Shown piece by piece: positions 13,480 to 27,409 of a stretch of DNA of 64,000 nucleotides; the first letter of the stretch is position 1, and each line of letters begins with the position of its first letter. Source of the stretch: Gigantopelta aegis (taxonomy: Eukaryota); contig NC_054708.1 in assembly GCF_016097555.1 (NCBI RefSeq), forward strand, positions 62,332,537 to 62,396,536. Direction: 5' to 3'. The position numbers and the translations under genes were made by a program. The notes under the pieces are model-generated. The model searched no databases. It saw only the letters and a program-made list of their open reading frames with translations, and had not been told where the DNA came from.

Positions 13480-13480
13480 G
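13428..13480. repeat. (TG)n followed by a roughly 40-nt poly(G), embedded in a 13-bp inverted repeat (GTTTCGATAAGTC ... GACTTATCGAAAC)
   Basis: Direct reading. Confidence 0.9.
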
Positions 13481-13799
13481 ACTTATCGAAACATCTCTGA
13501 AAAACTTTGGAATCTGAGTTGAAAACCTCACTTGTTGAAAATTCATATCAAGTAATTAAATTAAATTAAGTTTACTGAGGTATAATTATTACAGTAATAG
13601 GATTATTTCAGTTTACAATATAAACATGTAACAACGCATACACAGTGTTCCACCTCACACCCAGTGGCTAGCGATGTACCCATGGTGTCAGTGCACGAAC
13701 CTAATGCACGATGTATGCACGATGATCAGTATTACACTAACCTGACCTGATATACAATGACAGATATAATTAGATATAAAGTAAAGTAAAGTTTGTTTA

Positions 13800-14058
13800 A
13801 AGTTTGTTTGCCACTAGAGCACATTGATTTTTTATCTTATCATCAGCTATTGGACGTCAAACATATGGTCATTCTGGCAGCAAGGGATCTTTTATTTGCG
13901 CTTCCCACAGGCAGGGTAGCACAAACCATGGCCTTTGTTGAACCAGTTTTTGGAGTCAGTATCTGGATTAAAAATCGCATGCCTCGACTGGGATCCGAAC
14001 ACAGTACCTACCAGCCTGTAGACCGATGGCCTAACCATGACGTCACCGAGGCCAGTAT
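13800..14058 (-). mobile_element. Chimeric, internally deleted SINE: family-A tRNA-like head joined to a family-B type tail (...GTGCTCTAGTGGCAAACAAAC)
   Basis: The head ACTGGCCTCGGTGACGTCATGGTTAGGCCATCGG... is present (as reverse complement). The tail matches the tgtttaacgacaccactagagcac module seen at 21460, 34005 and 39420. Confidence 0.7.
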
Positions 14059-14229
14059 AATTAGATATATACATTTACATAATAAATAATTATGGGCATT
14101 CCCACTTTGCTCCGCCTTACAACATATTAAAACAATTATATAGAAACTATGAAACGAATGGAGATAGAAAAGTGGGTGGAAAGACATCTTTCAAATGAAT
14201 TAAAGAATAAATGTTTAACGACACTCCAG

Positions 14230-14470
<241 letters not shown>

Positions 14471-15384
14471 TTTGTGGAAAAAAATCACTAGTTGATATTC
14501 ATTATCCTGAAGGATGTGCGAAAAGACTATCACCTGCTAAAGACTCACACCAAATATTACCCCGAAAACTCTGATTTTCGATAGCTAGATTAAAAATGTT
14601 GGACAGTAGAGAGCGATCATAACGATCCTTGGAAATGGCCGTCTAGCTTCGTAACGCAGGGTTCCAATCCTGTCCCACCTTCGACACCCTGCGACAGCAA
14701 ACATGGCCCAGTGCAGTGGACCGGAGGGAGAAGCTATGGGGACCGGCGACGTCGCTATGGCAGACGGCGGAATTCGTCCACAATACCGGACTACCCATCT
14801 GACATGGCCGGGATCGCTGAAGAAGAAGAAGAAGTAACGCAGAGTATTCGGGATAACCCAATATGAAGAGCACCCGTGGAAGCAAGTAGAATCACTGAAC
14901 AAAGTTCCACACGTCCTTGGGTCACACGTTAGTGGGTGCAGCTGAAAGACTCACCAAGTGAAGAAATACAAGAAAACAGAACAAATTTAACTAATTGTTA
15001 AAAAAAACCCTGTAAATGAGCTTGCCTTTGCCCTGGGGTCACAGTCACTATCAAATGTGACAGCTATCCGTTAAGGGGTTTAAACAATTATAATGTAATT
15101 GGAGAAACTTGAACCAAGTTCAGAGTACAAAAATAAACAATAATAAACCCGCAAATCCATCACAAAATGTAACCAATATCTTACAAAATGGCGTCGTTAA
15201 ACTTAAGTATCCCATTTATAAATTTCGTCGCAACGCAAACGTAATTTGGCGCTCACGGTTCGTTTACAAACGATACATCTGGATACGAGCGAAATCGTCC
15301 GAGCAGAATCAAATAATTGATTTCTGAAAACGCAACGTAACAGTAGAAAACGCTACTATTTCAGCCAGTGTGTTCTTTTGTCCC

Positions 15385-15545
15385 GGTGTAGCATTTAATT
15401 TGCACTCCCCAAGAATATGCACCCCCCAGTCATTATTATATGTATAATTTGCACTCCCCCAGTTATTATTATACGTATAATACGCACTACCCTTGAATTA
15501 TTTGCACTCCCCTAGTTATTATTATACATATAATGTGAACTCTCC
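15385..15545 (-). repeat. Short block of the roughly 32-bp satellite (...TGCACTCCCCAGTTATTATTATACGTATAA...), in the opposite orientation to the main array at 18300-19575
   Basis: It is the reverse complement of the ...TATAATAATGAATGGGGAGTGTAGATTATA... unit. Confidence 0.8.
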
Positions 15546-15975
15546 ACAATCTAATTAAAATTAGCTCCACTATTACATGTGGATCTAACAGCAGCCCGTT
15601 GGAGATCATGTCCAGTTACCTTTCATTCGACCAATCAACACCTTACTTGCAAAATCATGCCAGTGATTTGAAAAGAATTTGAAAACATTCGGGATTATGC
15701 CGAGGGTATACAAAATGATTCGGGTGAATTACGAAGTATGCCGGAAACTAATTTAAATATAAACTTTTATATAAAATTCGTTTGAAGACGAAAAAAAAAC
15801 CCTGATGGTATAGCCATAAAATCTGTTTATGCTAGTATACAATCCAGAGTTTATTACTGAACTTTTCCCCCTGTTTTTTCAATGTTGAAATAGACCAACA
15901 AGTTCGCCTATTGCATAAATAGTCTCGTTCATTAATTCATTAAGTTTTAACATGCTCCTATACCACAAAGGTTTC

Positions 15976-15999
15976 GAGCATGAACCCCCTCCCCCCCCC

Positions 16000-16031
<32 letters not shown>

Positions 16032-16033
16032 TG
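15976..16033. repeat. Poly(C) homopolymer of about 55 nt
   Basis: Direct reading. Confidence 0.9.
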
Positions 16034-17164
16034 GGCTCGGTCTCTGGATGCCAGTGACCCAGTCCGGGCCGATAAATTATTTAGGACAATTTTGATTTTT
16101 ACCGCCAATCAGGGAAGGGACTTTATATAATTAAATTTTTATTGCGTCTTTTCTAACATATAGATTTAAATTAAAAATCAATATAATATATAATTTTGGA
16201 CGCCTTTTTAGAACGGGTTTTTCAAAAGGTATAAACAATTACAAGAGCTCATTACCCTTAAATTTGGTGTAGGTACATAGGAGGTTGGGCCTAGGCCACA
16301 GGATATTTGCCCAATAGCAGATAAAAAATTTAATAGACACACTGATCATATCGGGAACTTCAGTGTGGCCGAAGCCAGGGGAGGGAGGCCCGGGGGAGCC
16401 GAACAGGCCCCCAGACACACCTAGCTCCCCCTACGGCCGAAACTGCCTACGCCTATAGCCTAACCTATTTCTGGTGGCACGTCCCCCACCCGCCGGCATC
16501 CCACCCCCAGCCAACCCAACCGTCGTGCCCTCCATTCTCGGTGTTCCATATTTAATAGGCGGGTCACTAGGAGAGTGACCCCCTGAATGGGTGTCGAAAA
16601 GATAGGTCCGGCTAGCCTGGCAGAGCGAAACGTATTCGGATGATCCTGAAGTCCAGAGGCGCCTCTCTGTAATCAAGAGAAACAAAAGGTTACATCATTC
16701 AACAGACGCTGTGACTCTTTGCTTTGGAAGACTAGGGAGGGTCACCTGGTATATTACCAGGTTCCAACCTCTAGTATAGGAGCAGTCTCCCGCCCTATTA
16801 AGTTCCTAAAATAGTCTTGACCGATATTTTTAGAATTTGTATGCTCCCGAATAACGCTATAAAAGGCGAAGTGTAATTGGTCGATAATTAAATTGTTATT
16901 TATAGATGAAATGTCACCTGGACATGGGAGTCCATGCAATGCTGTTAGATCTATTGGTGAGACCAGCAGAGCTAATTTTAATCAGATTTCACTCTCCACT
17001 ACTATGTTTGAATAATTCAGTAAATACAATCCACATTCATTATTAGTCCCCTATCCATCCAACCGGAAGGGTTATCTATAGGTTTCATCTCCGTTCTTCT
17101 GTCTGTCCGTCTGGAGTCTGTCCGTCCGTCTATCCCACATAACGTTTTGTGGATATGTTTTTTC

Positions 17165-18190
17165 CACAATGCCTCGAGATATTGAGATGAAATTTGGTAT
17201 ATAATTTTATCATATACCATTAGAGATCAGGTTTGACTTTCATGACGATTTACACATTTTGACCGAATTATGGTCCTTGAACATAGGTGATACAGACATT
17301 TGTTTTCCCGTCTCCCCTCCCCCCTTCCCCTCAATGCCTCAACATACTGAGCTGAAATTTTGCGTATAGCTTTATAGTGTACCATTAAATATCACGTTTG
17401 ACTTTCTTGACGATTTACGTTACATGTAGCTTTATCATATACTATTACATATCAAGTGTGACTTTCATAACTATTTACTCATTTTGACAGAGTTATTACC
17501 CTTGAACTTAGGAGATGCGAAAATGTGTTTTTCTTACTCTTTTTTTTTTTTTTTTTTTTTTTAAAATTTTGTGTATAGCTTTACAGATCATGACGATTTA
17601 CCTATTTGTGACAAAGATATAGCCCTTGAATTCTGGCGAAACAAAAATTAGTTTTCCAGACTTTGTTTTTGCAATGCCTCAATATATTGAGCTGAAGTGT
17701 TGTGTACAGCTTGTGTACAGGCTCAATGGGTAGGTGTAAACCACTTGCACCGACCAGTGATCCATAACTGGTTCAACAAAGGCCATGGTTTGTGCTATCC
17801 TGCCTGTGGGAAGCACAAATAAAAGATCCCTTGCTTCTAATCGGAAGAGTAGCTCATGTAGTGGCGACAGCGGGTTTCCTCTCAAAATCTGTGTGGTCCT
17901 TAACCATATGTCTGACGCCATATAACCGTAAATATATTGTGTTGAGTGCGTCGTTAAATAAAACATTTTTTTTTTTTATGGCAATTTGCCCATTTGGTTT
18001 TACAGAGTTATAGCCCTTGAACTTAGGAGATATGAAAATATGTTTTTCGGACTTTTTTTCAATGCTTGAAGATACTGAGATTAAATTTTGTTTACAGTTT
18101 TGTCATGTACTGTTACAGATCAAGTTTAACTTCCATGTTAATTTATCCATTTTAAACAGAGTTATGGCCCTGGAACGTAGAAAATACAAA
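17165..18190. repeat. Degenerate roughly 130-bp tandem satellite of about 7 units (AATGCCTCAA.ATACTGAGCTGAAATTT...GACGATTTAC...GTTATAGCCCTTGAACTTAGGAGAT.CGAAAAT.TGTTTTTC), interrupted by a SINE insertion
   Basis: Unit starts recur at 17165, 17330, 17565, 17665 and 18060. The array resumes after the SINE at 17965. Confidence 0.75.
17707..17962 (+). mobile_element. 5'-truncated family-A SINE inserted into the 130-bp satellite
   Basis: GCTCAATGGGTAGGTGTAAACC...GTCGTTAAATAAAACATTTTTTTTTTT matches the 3' two-thirds of the 44285 copy. Confidence 0.85.
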
Positions 18191-18299
18191 AAATTGTTGG
18201 ACCCTGTAGGAGACATGTATTGCTTTGTCAGTACTCCCAGAATGCTTGTTATACATATAATCTACACTCAACATTCTTTATTATACACATGATTTACAC

Positions 18300-19575
18300 A
18301 CATTTCTTTTATTATACACACAACCTACACTTTGCAGTCATCAATATAAATGTATTCTGCATTCAACAAATATAACTATATATGTGATCTACACTGCACA
18401 TTCATTATTATACATATAAAACGGAAAGTGTTGTCTAGATTATATGTATATATAATGAATGGGGAGTGTAGATTATGTGTATAATAATGAATGTGGGGTG
18501 CATATTACATATAATAATGAATGGGGAGTGTAGATTATATGAATAATAATGAACAGGAAGTGCAGAGTATGTGTATATCAATACATGTAAGGTGTATAAT
18601 AGTGCATGGGGAGTGTATATATGTATACTAATGTATGGGTAGTATAGAATATTTGTCTAATATTGAACGTAGAGTCGATTATGTGTATAATAATGAATGG
18701 GGAGTGCAGCTTATATGTATATTTAAAAGAACAACGTGTCATTTGGCAGGAATGTCAATTGATAATAATGAATGGGGAGTGTACATGTATATTGTATGTA
18801 TAATAATGAATGGGGAGTGCATATTATATATATTTAAAAACACAAAGTTTCATTTCGCAGGATTGTCATTTGATAGCAATCATTGTGGAGTAATATTATA
18901 TGTATAATAATGAATGGGGAGTACAGATTATATGTATAGTAATGAATGAGGATTACATATTACATGTATAGTAATGGGTGGGGAATGCAGATTATACATA
19001 TACTAATTAATGGGCAGTGTAGAGTATATGTCTAATAATGAAAGGGGAGTATAGATTATACGTATAATAATGAATGGGGAGTGTACATTATACGCACCAT
19101 AATGAATGGAGAGAGTATATTATACATATTATAATGAATGGGGAATGTAGATCATAAATATAATATTGAATGGGGAGTGTATATTATACGAATAATAATA
19201 AATGTGTTGTGCAGATTATATGTATAATAATGCATATCGAGTGCACATTACATATTATAATGAATGGGGAGTGTAGATTATATGAATAATAATGAATGGA
19301 GAGTAAAGATTATGTCTATAACAATGAATGTAAGGTGTAGATTATAAGTATAATAGTGAATGGGTAGTGCACATTATATGTATAATAATTTATGGGTTGT
19401 ATAGAATATATGTCTAATAATTAGAGTAGATTATATGTATATTATACGTATAATAATATTATGAATGGGGAGTGTAGATTATATGTATAATATTGAATGG
19501 GGAGTGTGGATTATACATATAATAATGAACGGGTAGTGCCCATTATAATAATTTATAGTAATTTATGGGTGTTAT
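18300..19575 (+). repeat. Roughly 32-bp tandem satellite of about 39 copies (…TATAATAATGAATGGGGAGTGTAGATTATATG…). A related variant block lies at 19860-20020.
   Basis: TGAATGGGGA recurs at 19071, 19104, 19136 and 19168, giving a period of about 32-33 bp. Confidence 0.9.
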
Positions 19576-20460
19576 AGAATATAAATCTAATAATGAATGT
19601 AGAGCTTTGCAATGCTATCTCCACATAATTTCTGTCATATTAATGGGAAGTAAGGGAAGCAAGGGATGGGTGAAGAGATTCTGGGATCCAGGAATGTTTT
19701 GCCCTCCATGGATCCGCCCCTGATTCACATAGCCATCTATATTCGCCACTGATATTTATATCAACTTTTACAAAATGCACTGGCCATACAAACATCAAAA
19801 AACGCTGAAAAATATAGTTATGTGAATGCTTAAAACATTATTATAATCTACGTGTAATATATACTGGAGGAGTGCATATTATTCAGAGGGAGTGCATATT
19901 ATACATATAATATAGACTGGGGGAGTGCATATTACATGTATAATACGCACTGGGGAGTGCTTATTCTACGAATAATCTTGACTGGGGAGTACAAATCCAG
20001 GGGGAGTGCAAATTATATGCGACACCGGGTCACGTCCCTGGCCATGTCAGAGACCGACCCGGGATAGACGTGCCTGAAATCCCAGTGGTATAGGGGCGTG
20101 TATAAAGAGTTCTCTCTCCCTCTCCCCGTCACGAGCTACTCTCGATTCACTAATATCAAAACCTATTTTACCTCGGCCATTTACCTTTCGACCGACCGTT
20201 CAAAATTGCGCCAAATTCCCTCAATCAAAATTGCGCACCCTTTTCTCTTTGGCATTTAACTGCTCCATTCAAATTCCATAGCACCACCCCCACCCCCACC
20301 TTTCCTGTCATGGACGGAGGAGCCGGTCAAGGCCGGCTCTTGTGCCCACGACAGGTGTGCGCTACAACAGCTTGTTCTGAATGTGCACGTAAAACCCTAT
20401 GACATGACATGACATCTCCCCGTCTCGGTGTGTTCACACAGCACTGTTTTTTTTTTTTTA

Positions 20461-20828
20461 AAAGGGACATACCCTAGTTTTTAAACACTAAGACATATTT
20501 TTTCCTATTAGAGCAGTTTTTGATAACTGAAATCATACTTTACTTAGATTTTATTGTTTAGATTATCAATTTCCGTACATTCGAAGTGTTCCTGATCATC
20601 CTAGTGTTTTTAATATCACAAAATGCATTTCTCAAATTTTAAAAAACGCACGTGCGTCTGAGAAGTAACAGCTATGGAGTCCAGTTTTAGTCCATTTTAG
20701 AGGGTATTTCGCCATTTCAAAGTCATAGACTCCTGTTTCACTCAATTGTAACTTTATCTAAATGTGTTATAGGTTTGTGAACTTGGTGCTAATTTTCACG
20801 GGTTGTAACTAGGGTATGTCCCTTTAAC
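20461..20828. mobile_element. MITE of about 370 bp with perfect 19-bp TIRs (AAAGGGACATACCCTAGTT ... AACTAGGGTATGTCCCTTT) and possible TTAA/TAA flanks. Partial relatives lie at 25010-25160, 25915-25950 and 46085-46330.
   Basis: The TIRs were read directly. The internal sequence at 20700-20830 matches 25010-25150. Confidence 0.7.
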
Positions 20829-20939
20829 GCATCTGGGTTTGTAACAAATACCCATGTAGACCGGATGTCAGGGCACTTGATATTCTGTCAGTCCTCTATC
20901 CACAATAGTTCCTAGTGGTTTTTGCATCGCTGAAAGGTA

Positions 20940-21252
20940 GGGGGCGGGTCGTTGCTCAGTGGTACAGCGCTCGCCTAATGCGTGGTCGATCTAGGATCGA
21001 TCCCCGTCAGTGGGCCCATTGAGCTATTTCTTGTTTCACAACTGGTGTAAATAACAAAGGCCGTGGTATGTATTATTCTGTTTGTGGAATGGTGCATATA
21101 AAAGATCCCTTGCTGCTAATTGGAAAGTGTAGCCTATGAGGTAGCGACAGCGGGTTTCCTCTCTCAATATTTGTGTGGTCCTTAACCATATGTCTGACGC
21201 CATATAACCGTAAATAAAGTGCGTTGAGTGCGTCGTTAAATAAAACATTTCC
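20940..21252 (+). mobile_element. SINE with a third head variant (GGGTCGTTGCTCAGTGGTACAGCGCTCGCC...) fused to the family-A body and tail
   Basis: The 3' 200 bp is near-identical to the family-A copies and ends ...GTCGTTAAATAAAACATTTCC. Confidence 0.8.
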
Positions 21253-21459
21253 TTCCTTTGAAAGGTACTGATTGAGAATCCGAGGGGTGCAAACTTTAAA
21301 TATTCAAGATGGCTACCAAAACACAAAACTCCATCACAAATAAAGACTCAGTTGATTTCTATGATAATATTTTATGCGTCAAGGAATTGAAATTGAACTA
21401 CCCCTAGCTAATCATTTAATTCCACTATAACCGTCATAACAAGACAATTGTAATTTATC

Positions 21460-21756
21460 ACAACTGGAGCACTTTGATTAATTAATCATCGGCTATTGGA
21501 TGTCAAACATTTGGTAATTCTGACTTGTAGTCATCAGAGGAAACCCGCTACATTTTTCCTAATGCAGCAAGGGATCTTTTATATGCACTTTCCCACAGGC
21601 AGGAAAGCACATACCACGACCTTTGTCCAGTTGTGGTGCACTAGTGGTTGGAACGAGAGAAAAAAACAATCAGCTGAATGGATCCACTGAGATGGTTCGA
21701 TCCTGCGACGCAAGCACCTCAAGCGAGCACTCAATCGACTGAGCTAAATCTCGCCC
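21460..21756 (-). mobile_element. Family-B tRNA-derived SINE, minus orientation. Its head reads GGGCGAGATTTAGCTCAGTCGATTGAGTGCTCGCTTGAGGTGCTTGCGTCGCAGGATCGAACC... as the reverse complement.
   Basis: It shares the central domain ...GCAGCAAGGGATCTTTTATATGCAC...CCACAGGCAGG... with family A, and has the tail module TGTTAAACGACACCACTAGAGCAC (rc). Further B copies lie at 23693-23862, 24725-25015, 34005-34150, 34575-34745, 35225-35420 (+), 39420-39715, 45750-45895 and 54555-54765 (+). Confidence 0.8.
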
Positions 21757-24700
21757 TGTGATGTTAGTGATTAAGTTGTATGGGTAAAGGAATTAATTTA
21801 TAACAACATCTTGCTGAATGAGATATTGCATCATAATTTAAATCCAAGATGACCATGGAAATGGCTGCCAAGAGTAAGAAGTAGTCTGATCTTATATTCT
21901 ATTTTAACGCCTCCTCCCCACCCCCACCCACTAAAAAAACCCCAACCCAACAAAAAGAAAATAATAAAAAAATCTAAACAAACAGTCTTATTTCAAATAC
22001 AAGTATAGATAATTTTAGGGAATAACGAATTTATTTCTTTCATTTACTTTTTAATATAGAGCAATTTTTATCATTGTTTGAATCCAAGTTGTCTAACAAA
22101 AAGGCTGCCAGAACAAAGAAATGTCCTCGGTATGTGCATAAAATAAAACAATAATTATAAAACCAACTACTAATATAATTTTTTAGGATGTTCGATTCAT
22201 CAACTTTTCTCATCTTAGCATTGCAATTGCTTTTATATGTATCCCCTTATATCTGTAATACCACTACAAAAGTATCCATATATTCATAAAATACAAATAT
22301 CAACAAAACGGTTGCTGCCCAGTAAAAAATTTCGATTTTAAAAATACACCATTCTACGATAGTTGGCCAAACAATGCACACCTAGAGAAAACTTCTCTTT
22401 CAGCACCCACGTTACCCAGTCGGTAATATTGGTTACATATTAACATTGAGTCGGTTGCACGATTTCAGAAAATGTTGGCTTCACTCCATGTGGTGAGTGG
22501 AAGCAATGTCCAGTTTAATTGTTTTCACTAATCAACGTAGGTGACATATGAATGTGGCAACAAATTTGATGACAAATACTATCAACATCTAAGTCTTGGA
22601 CCATAAAATTCAGTTACTAACATCATATTCTTTTACCACTGGATGTGAAATGTGATCATTGCAATGTCCTTGTTCTAGCTGTTGGGCCATCTTGGATTTA
22701 AATGATGTTGTGATGCCTTAATTAGATGGGGGTAGTCCAAAATGAATTCATTGACCCCTAAAACACCACAATAAACATCATCTGTTTTGACATAGGTGAT
22801 AAAATATCAGAGATATTGCCAGTTATGTGTTTCAATAGCCATCTTGAATATTTCAAAATATTCAAGGGTGGTACCATGTTTGCATCCCTCAGCTCAGCAC
22901 CTTCCAAAGATGCAAACATCATAAAGAACAATTGTGGGTATCGAACTGAAAGGTTCAGCCAAAAACAAGGGTCTGGCAACACAACTAATACGCCTACATT
23001 GAACACATGTCTAAAATGAATACTGCACTTCTTGTTTCTACGTCCTGTAACATCCAAAACAGATGAGATTGAGGTTCGAGAAAATAAACCGTGATAGTAG
23101 TTTGTCCTCTCTTTTAACTTCATTAAACCATGCTGACCTTAGGTCGCGTGAACCTTTTCGGTTATGGTAGCTTTTTTTCTTCTTTTTTTTTTACAACCAT
23201 TCACATTTAAAAACAGTGTCAGTTGGCAGGGTTCGAACTTACTTAACCGACTTCCATAGCCTGTGACAGTCCGCTACCTTAAACCCTCGATCTCTTCCAC
23301 AAAAATGAAAGTTAAGGTTAAAAGTTTGTTTTGTTTAATGACACGGGCCGGTAGGAACAATTCTGGTGTGTGTTGGTAGGGAGACGACAAGCCATAATTT
23401 TATTTTTATTTATTTCATTTTATTTTATTTATAAGTATGGATAGGTGGGTGGCTGCGACTCCACTACAGCACATTAATTTATTAATTATTGGCGACGTCA
23501 GTTTTATTTCCCGGTCTTTAATCTGTACATTTTCATGTCTTGCTTAGTTATGTTGAAAGTCAGTCTGCGATTTTTGTTCATTGATGTGCAGTATAATAAA
23601 TAAAATACTATACTCGTTTCTATGTGCGACCGTTTATATTACAACTCGTGTGTTTTTAATCGTGGTCTCACACTGGAACTTGTTTAGTATTCCTTCCATA
23701 CACAATCCCACAGAAAGGATACCACATACCATAGCCTTTAATATGCCAGTCGTGGTGTAGTCCATTGGCTGGAACGAGAATAGCCCAATGGGCCCACCGA
23801 CGGGGATCGACCTTAGACCGATCGCGCTTTACCACTGGACAACATCCCGTCCCTCCACAAAAATGAAAGCCTGGGCTTAGTCGTAACATAGCTAATAATG
23901 TGTCCTGTCAAACACTCGGTTTAATAATAGTGCAACAGTTTGTATTTTAAGGGGAATATATATTATGTAGAAATGGCATAATATATTGATATTTTTTTCT
24001 TAGGCTGGAACTGTATACACTTGGATAAACTACATTTGCGACTGATCGTATGTTGACGATAGTATCTACAGTATAATCAAAGAAAGGATATTAAGCAATT
24101 ATGGTACAGTACAGCGACAACGCCTAAAGGACTTTTATATCGACATTTTTTAGATTACAAACGTATTTAAGATTGCCAACAGAAACACGCTATATATAAA
24201 GGAAATATGTACGATTAAAGTCTGCGCTCAAAAATTAAATGCAGAATCTGGCAAGTATCGAAACATCTATTTAGATGGGGGAACATGACCCGAACGCCAT
24301 TAGAAACTTCGCTCGCCAGTCTAGACCTCCAATTACCTCCACACGCGCCAATAAAGACCAATATCGGAATAAAAGGGGTGTTTTACGACATCTGGAAACA
24401 ATGTGTTATCAATTGTTATGAGCTGCGTAAGACTTGATTCAGAACAGAAAGTGACGACCATGATAATACGACAGGTTGACAACCATGATAATACGACAGG
24501 TTGACAACCATACACCAACTTTCTACCATCAAGTGTCCAGTTAACGACCATGTAATAAGAAGTAATGTTTGTTTAACAACACCACTAGACAACATTGGTT
24601 TCAGGGTTAGTAGATATTAACTTTTTTTACAAGGCAGAAAGTAATTACTGCCAGGACTAAAAGTGGGCAGCAAATTTATTTACGAGGCAGCAACATTTTG

Positions 24701-26028
24701 AAATGCATGAATAAGTGGACATATTTTTTTTAAACTTTTTATTTACGGTTATATGGCGTCAAACATATGGTTAAGTACCACACAGATAATGAGAGGAAAC
24801 CCGCTGTCGCCACTTCATGGGCTACTCTTTTCGATTAGCAGCAAGAAATCTTTTATATGCACCATCCCACAGACAGGGTAGTACATACCACGGCCTTTGA
24901 TATACAAGTCGTGGTGCACTGGCTGGAACGAGAACAAATAGCTCAATGGGCCCACCGACGGGGATCGATCCCAGACCGCCCGCAGAACGAGCGAGCGCTA
25001 TACCACATCCCACTCCACATTTTAGAGGGTATTTCACCATTTCAAAGCCACACACTCATGTTTCACTTAATTATAACTTTATCCAAAAGTGATACAGGTT
25101 TGTAGATTGACTAAACACGGTGTTAATTTTCACAGGTTCAAACTATGGTCTGTCCCTTTAAAGCCTCACACCCTAGTTCCATCCAGCGAAAATAAATTAT
25201 AATTTGGTTAATCTACAAACCTGTAACACACTTAGATCACGTTTTTATCAAATGGAGTGAAAAAGCAGGTTTTATATCGATAAATACCATGGGGATCCCC
25301 ATGTCCCAATTGCTTGAAATAATTTTGAAAGTTAGTATTCTGATGTCACCGGTAGAAACACAACAATGCCTACGTCACGACAAATTTCACAGACTTGGGG
25401 TGCGTTCGTTTCACCTCTCCTGGACATGCTCCAACTGTTCTGTCCTGCTTGTATCCCCTCTCCAGATATCGTAAGACTTAGCAAAATTATTGGTTTTAAG
25501 GGTTTGTAACGTTTTGTATTGAGACACTTACTTGTCTGAACTTTATTGTTACTGAAAATGTTCACGAACTGTGAAGAAAAATCTCACAAATGAACAACAA
25601 CAAATCGGATGTTGATTGCGCGAACCGTGCACGAGAAAACAAACCGAACCAAAATGATAACGGTCACGTGATATACCAACGTCTGTGACATTAAAAATAG
25701 ATTGGACCTTGCTTGCTTAACGGTTTTTTCTCGACAACACGTTTTGTGAAAAAATGCAAAAAATGCATTTCGTGGTTTTACAAACATCAGGATTACCAAA
25801 AAGCACTTCAGGTGAATGGAAATGTGTATTCTAAATAATAAAATGTAAGTAAAGTGCAATTTTATTTGTGAAAAATGGGGTTTAATAGCGAAAAACAACG
25901 CCGTAATGGTTAACAAATAAACGTAACTAGGGTGTGTCCCTTTAACAAATCATATAGATAACTATTTATTAAAGAGGGTACTATTAAGTTTTTCACGTGT
26001 GGGTCGTGACCTGTAAACTGTTAGAAAC

Positions 26029-26170
26029 TGTCACGGGGATCCTATAATACCCGTAACTGAATGAAACACGATTATCCAAATATCTCTCCTAACTGTATAT
26101 CTATTTGATCTCTCTGTATCGGGCAGTCTAATACCCGAGTGGCTCGGCTCTAGGTATAATCAGAGATAAG

Positions 26171-26221
<51 letters not shown>

Positions 26222-27186
26222 CACGTTTAGTTCACTAGAAAACACAACAAAACACAATACACTTTGGAATCTGTATTAACACTACGCTGACAAATGTATT
26301 GGCCGCAGTGGTTAATTAACAACAACAATATAATAACAACCCGGAGCTAATCACTTAATTAGTTAATCACTAGGTGTCTAGTTTACACAATATTCTAATC
26401 ACTTCACGGTAATACAACCCACACACGTGTGATAATTGAGAAACGCTGCCAGGGGAACTTAATTAATAAAGGAATTACAACTCTATTCCTAACTGGTTAA
26501 TTTTTAATTAACCCTTAACTACTCATTCAGTAACCTTGTAATACAGAATTAATACTGGTACATATCACCATAAAGACAATAACCTACAGTTTACCTAGGT
26601 CCTCTAGGATGACCGGCTAAGCTTTATCTTACCAAATACTCGTATCATAATATTAGAGCAGTGAAGCCTACAATTTACTTCGTCAGATTACCGGAGACAC
26701 TGTCTAAAGAATATTGGTATAATACAGTATTAAAATATTTAAAGTCACATCAATCACATCAAGGTTATACAACAGAGCAGAAAAATATATTTACCAGTCC
26801 AGTCGGACAAACATGTCCAATGTTTCTCCTCGATATCTCTAAAATCCTATCTATTTATTCAAAAATCTCAGAGACAGCGAATATCGCCTGGGGGCACAAC
26901 GCGGTACCTCACCTATCATGTGATATTTCCACAACTCCCAGGGATGGTATTTTTTCTTAGATGGCCAGGCTTACTGTCGGCAGTTCGCTAGAAATACTCC
27001 GGTCGTAAACCGCACTACCGGAGTTATTACGTAACTACTGGCCACATGGCCTCCACACCTGATCTAAGTGCATATTGGGACGCAGCTCTACCACGTCGCG
27101 CGGGGGTATTACGTAACCAAGCTGCACACGGCCCTCTAAAACAATTAACATCGCCACAGGCGAAAAGATAAGAGCATGTTCCGTCA
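26029..27186 (-). mobile_element. 3' LTR (1157 bp, TG...CA) of the minus-strand LTR retrotransposon. It contains a (TA)n tract at 26170-26220.
   Basis: It matches 31031-31236 plus 32990-33967 at roughly 97-98% identity. A polypurine tract (GAGGTGGGGGTGTG) on the element strand abuts it at 27187-27200. Confidence 0.85.
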
Positions 27187-27409
27187 CACACCCCCACCTC
27201 AAAAAGGATATTTCCTCTACTTTAGGATTAGGGAAATATACTACATTTAAACAAAACAAAATGTGCGTTAACCGACGCATCCGGGCATTTATAACACAAG
27301 TAATAAGGTGACTACCAGTAATCACACTGAGTCTCTGAGTCCCTAGTATACAATAAAATATATAAAAACAAAAACAGAAATCAAGAACGTCAACACATTA
27401 TCACAACGT

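Noticed and set aside
16431-16685. 84-aa minus-strand ORF in a GC-rich patch
   Set aside because: It is low complexity (G/P/R-rich), has no motifs and no splice context.
26661-26960. 99-aa + strand ORF inside the LTR, with its twin at 33430-33741
   Set aside because: It lies within the non-coding LTR on the opposite strand to the element. It is duplicated only because the LTRs are duplicated.
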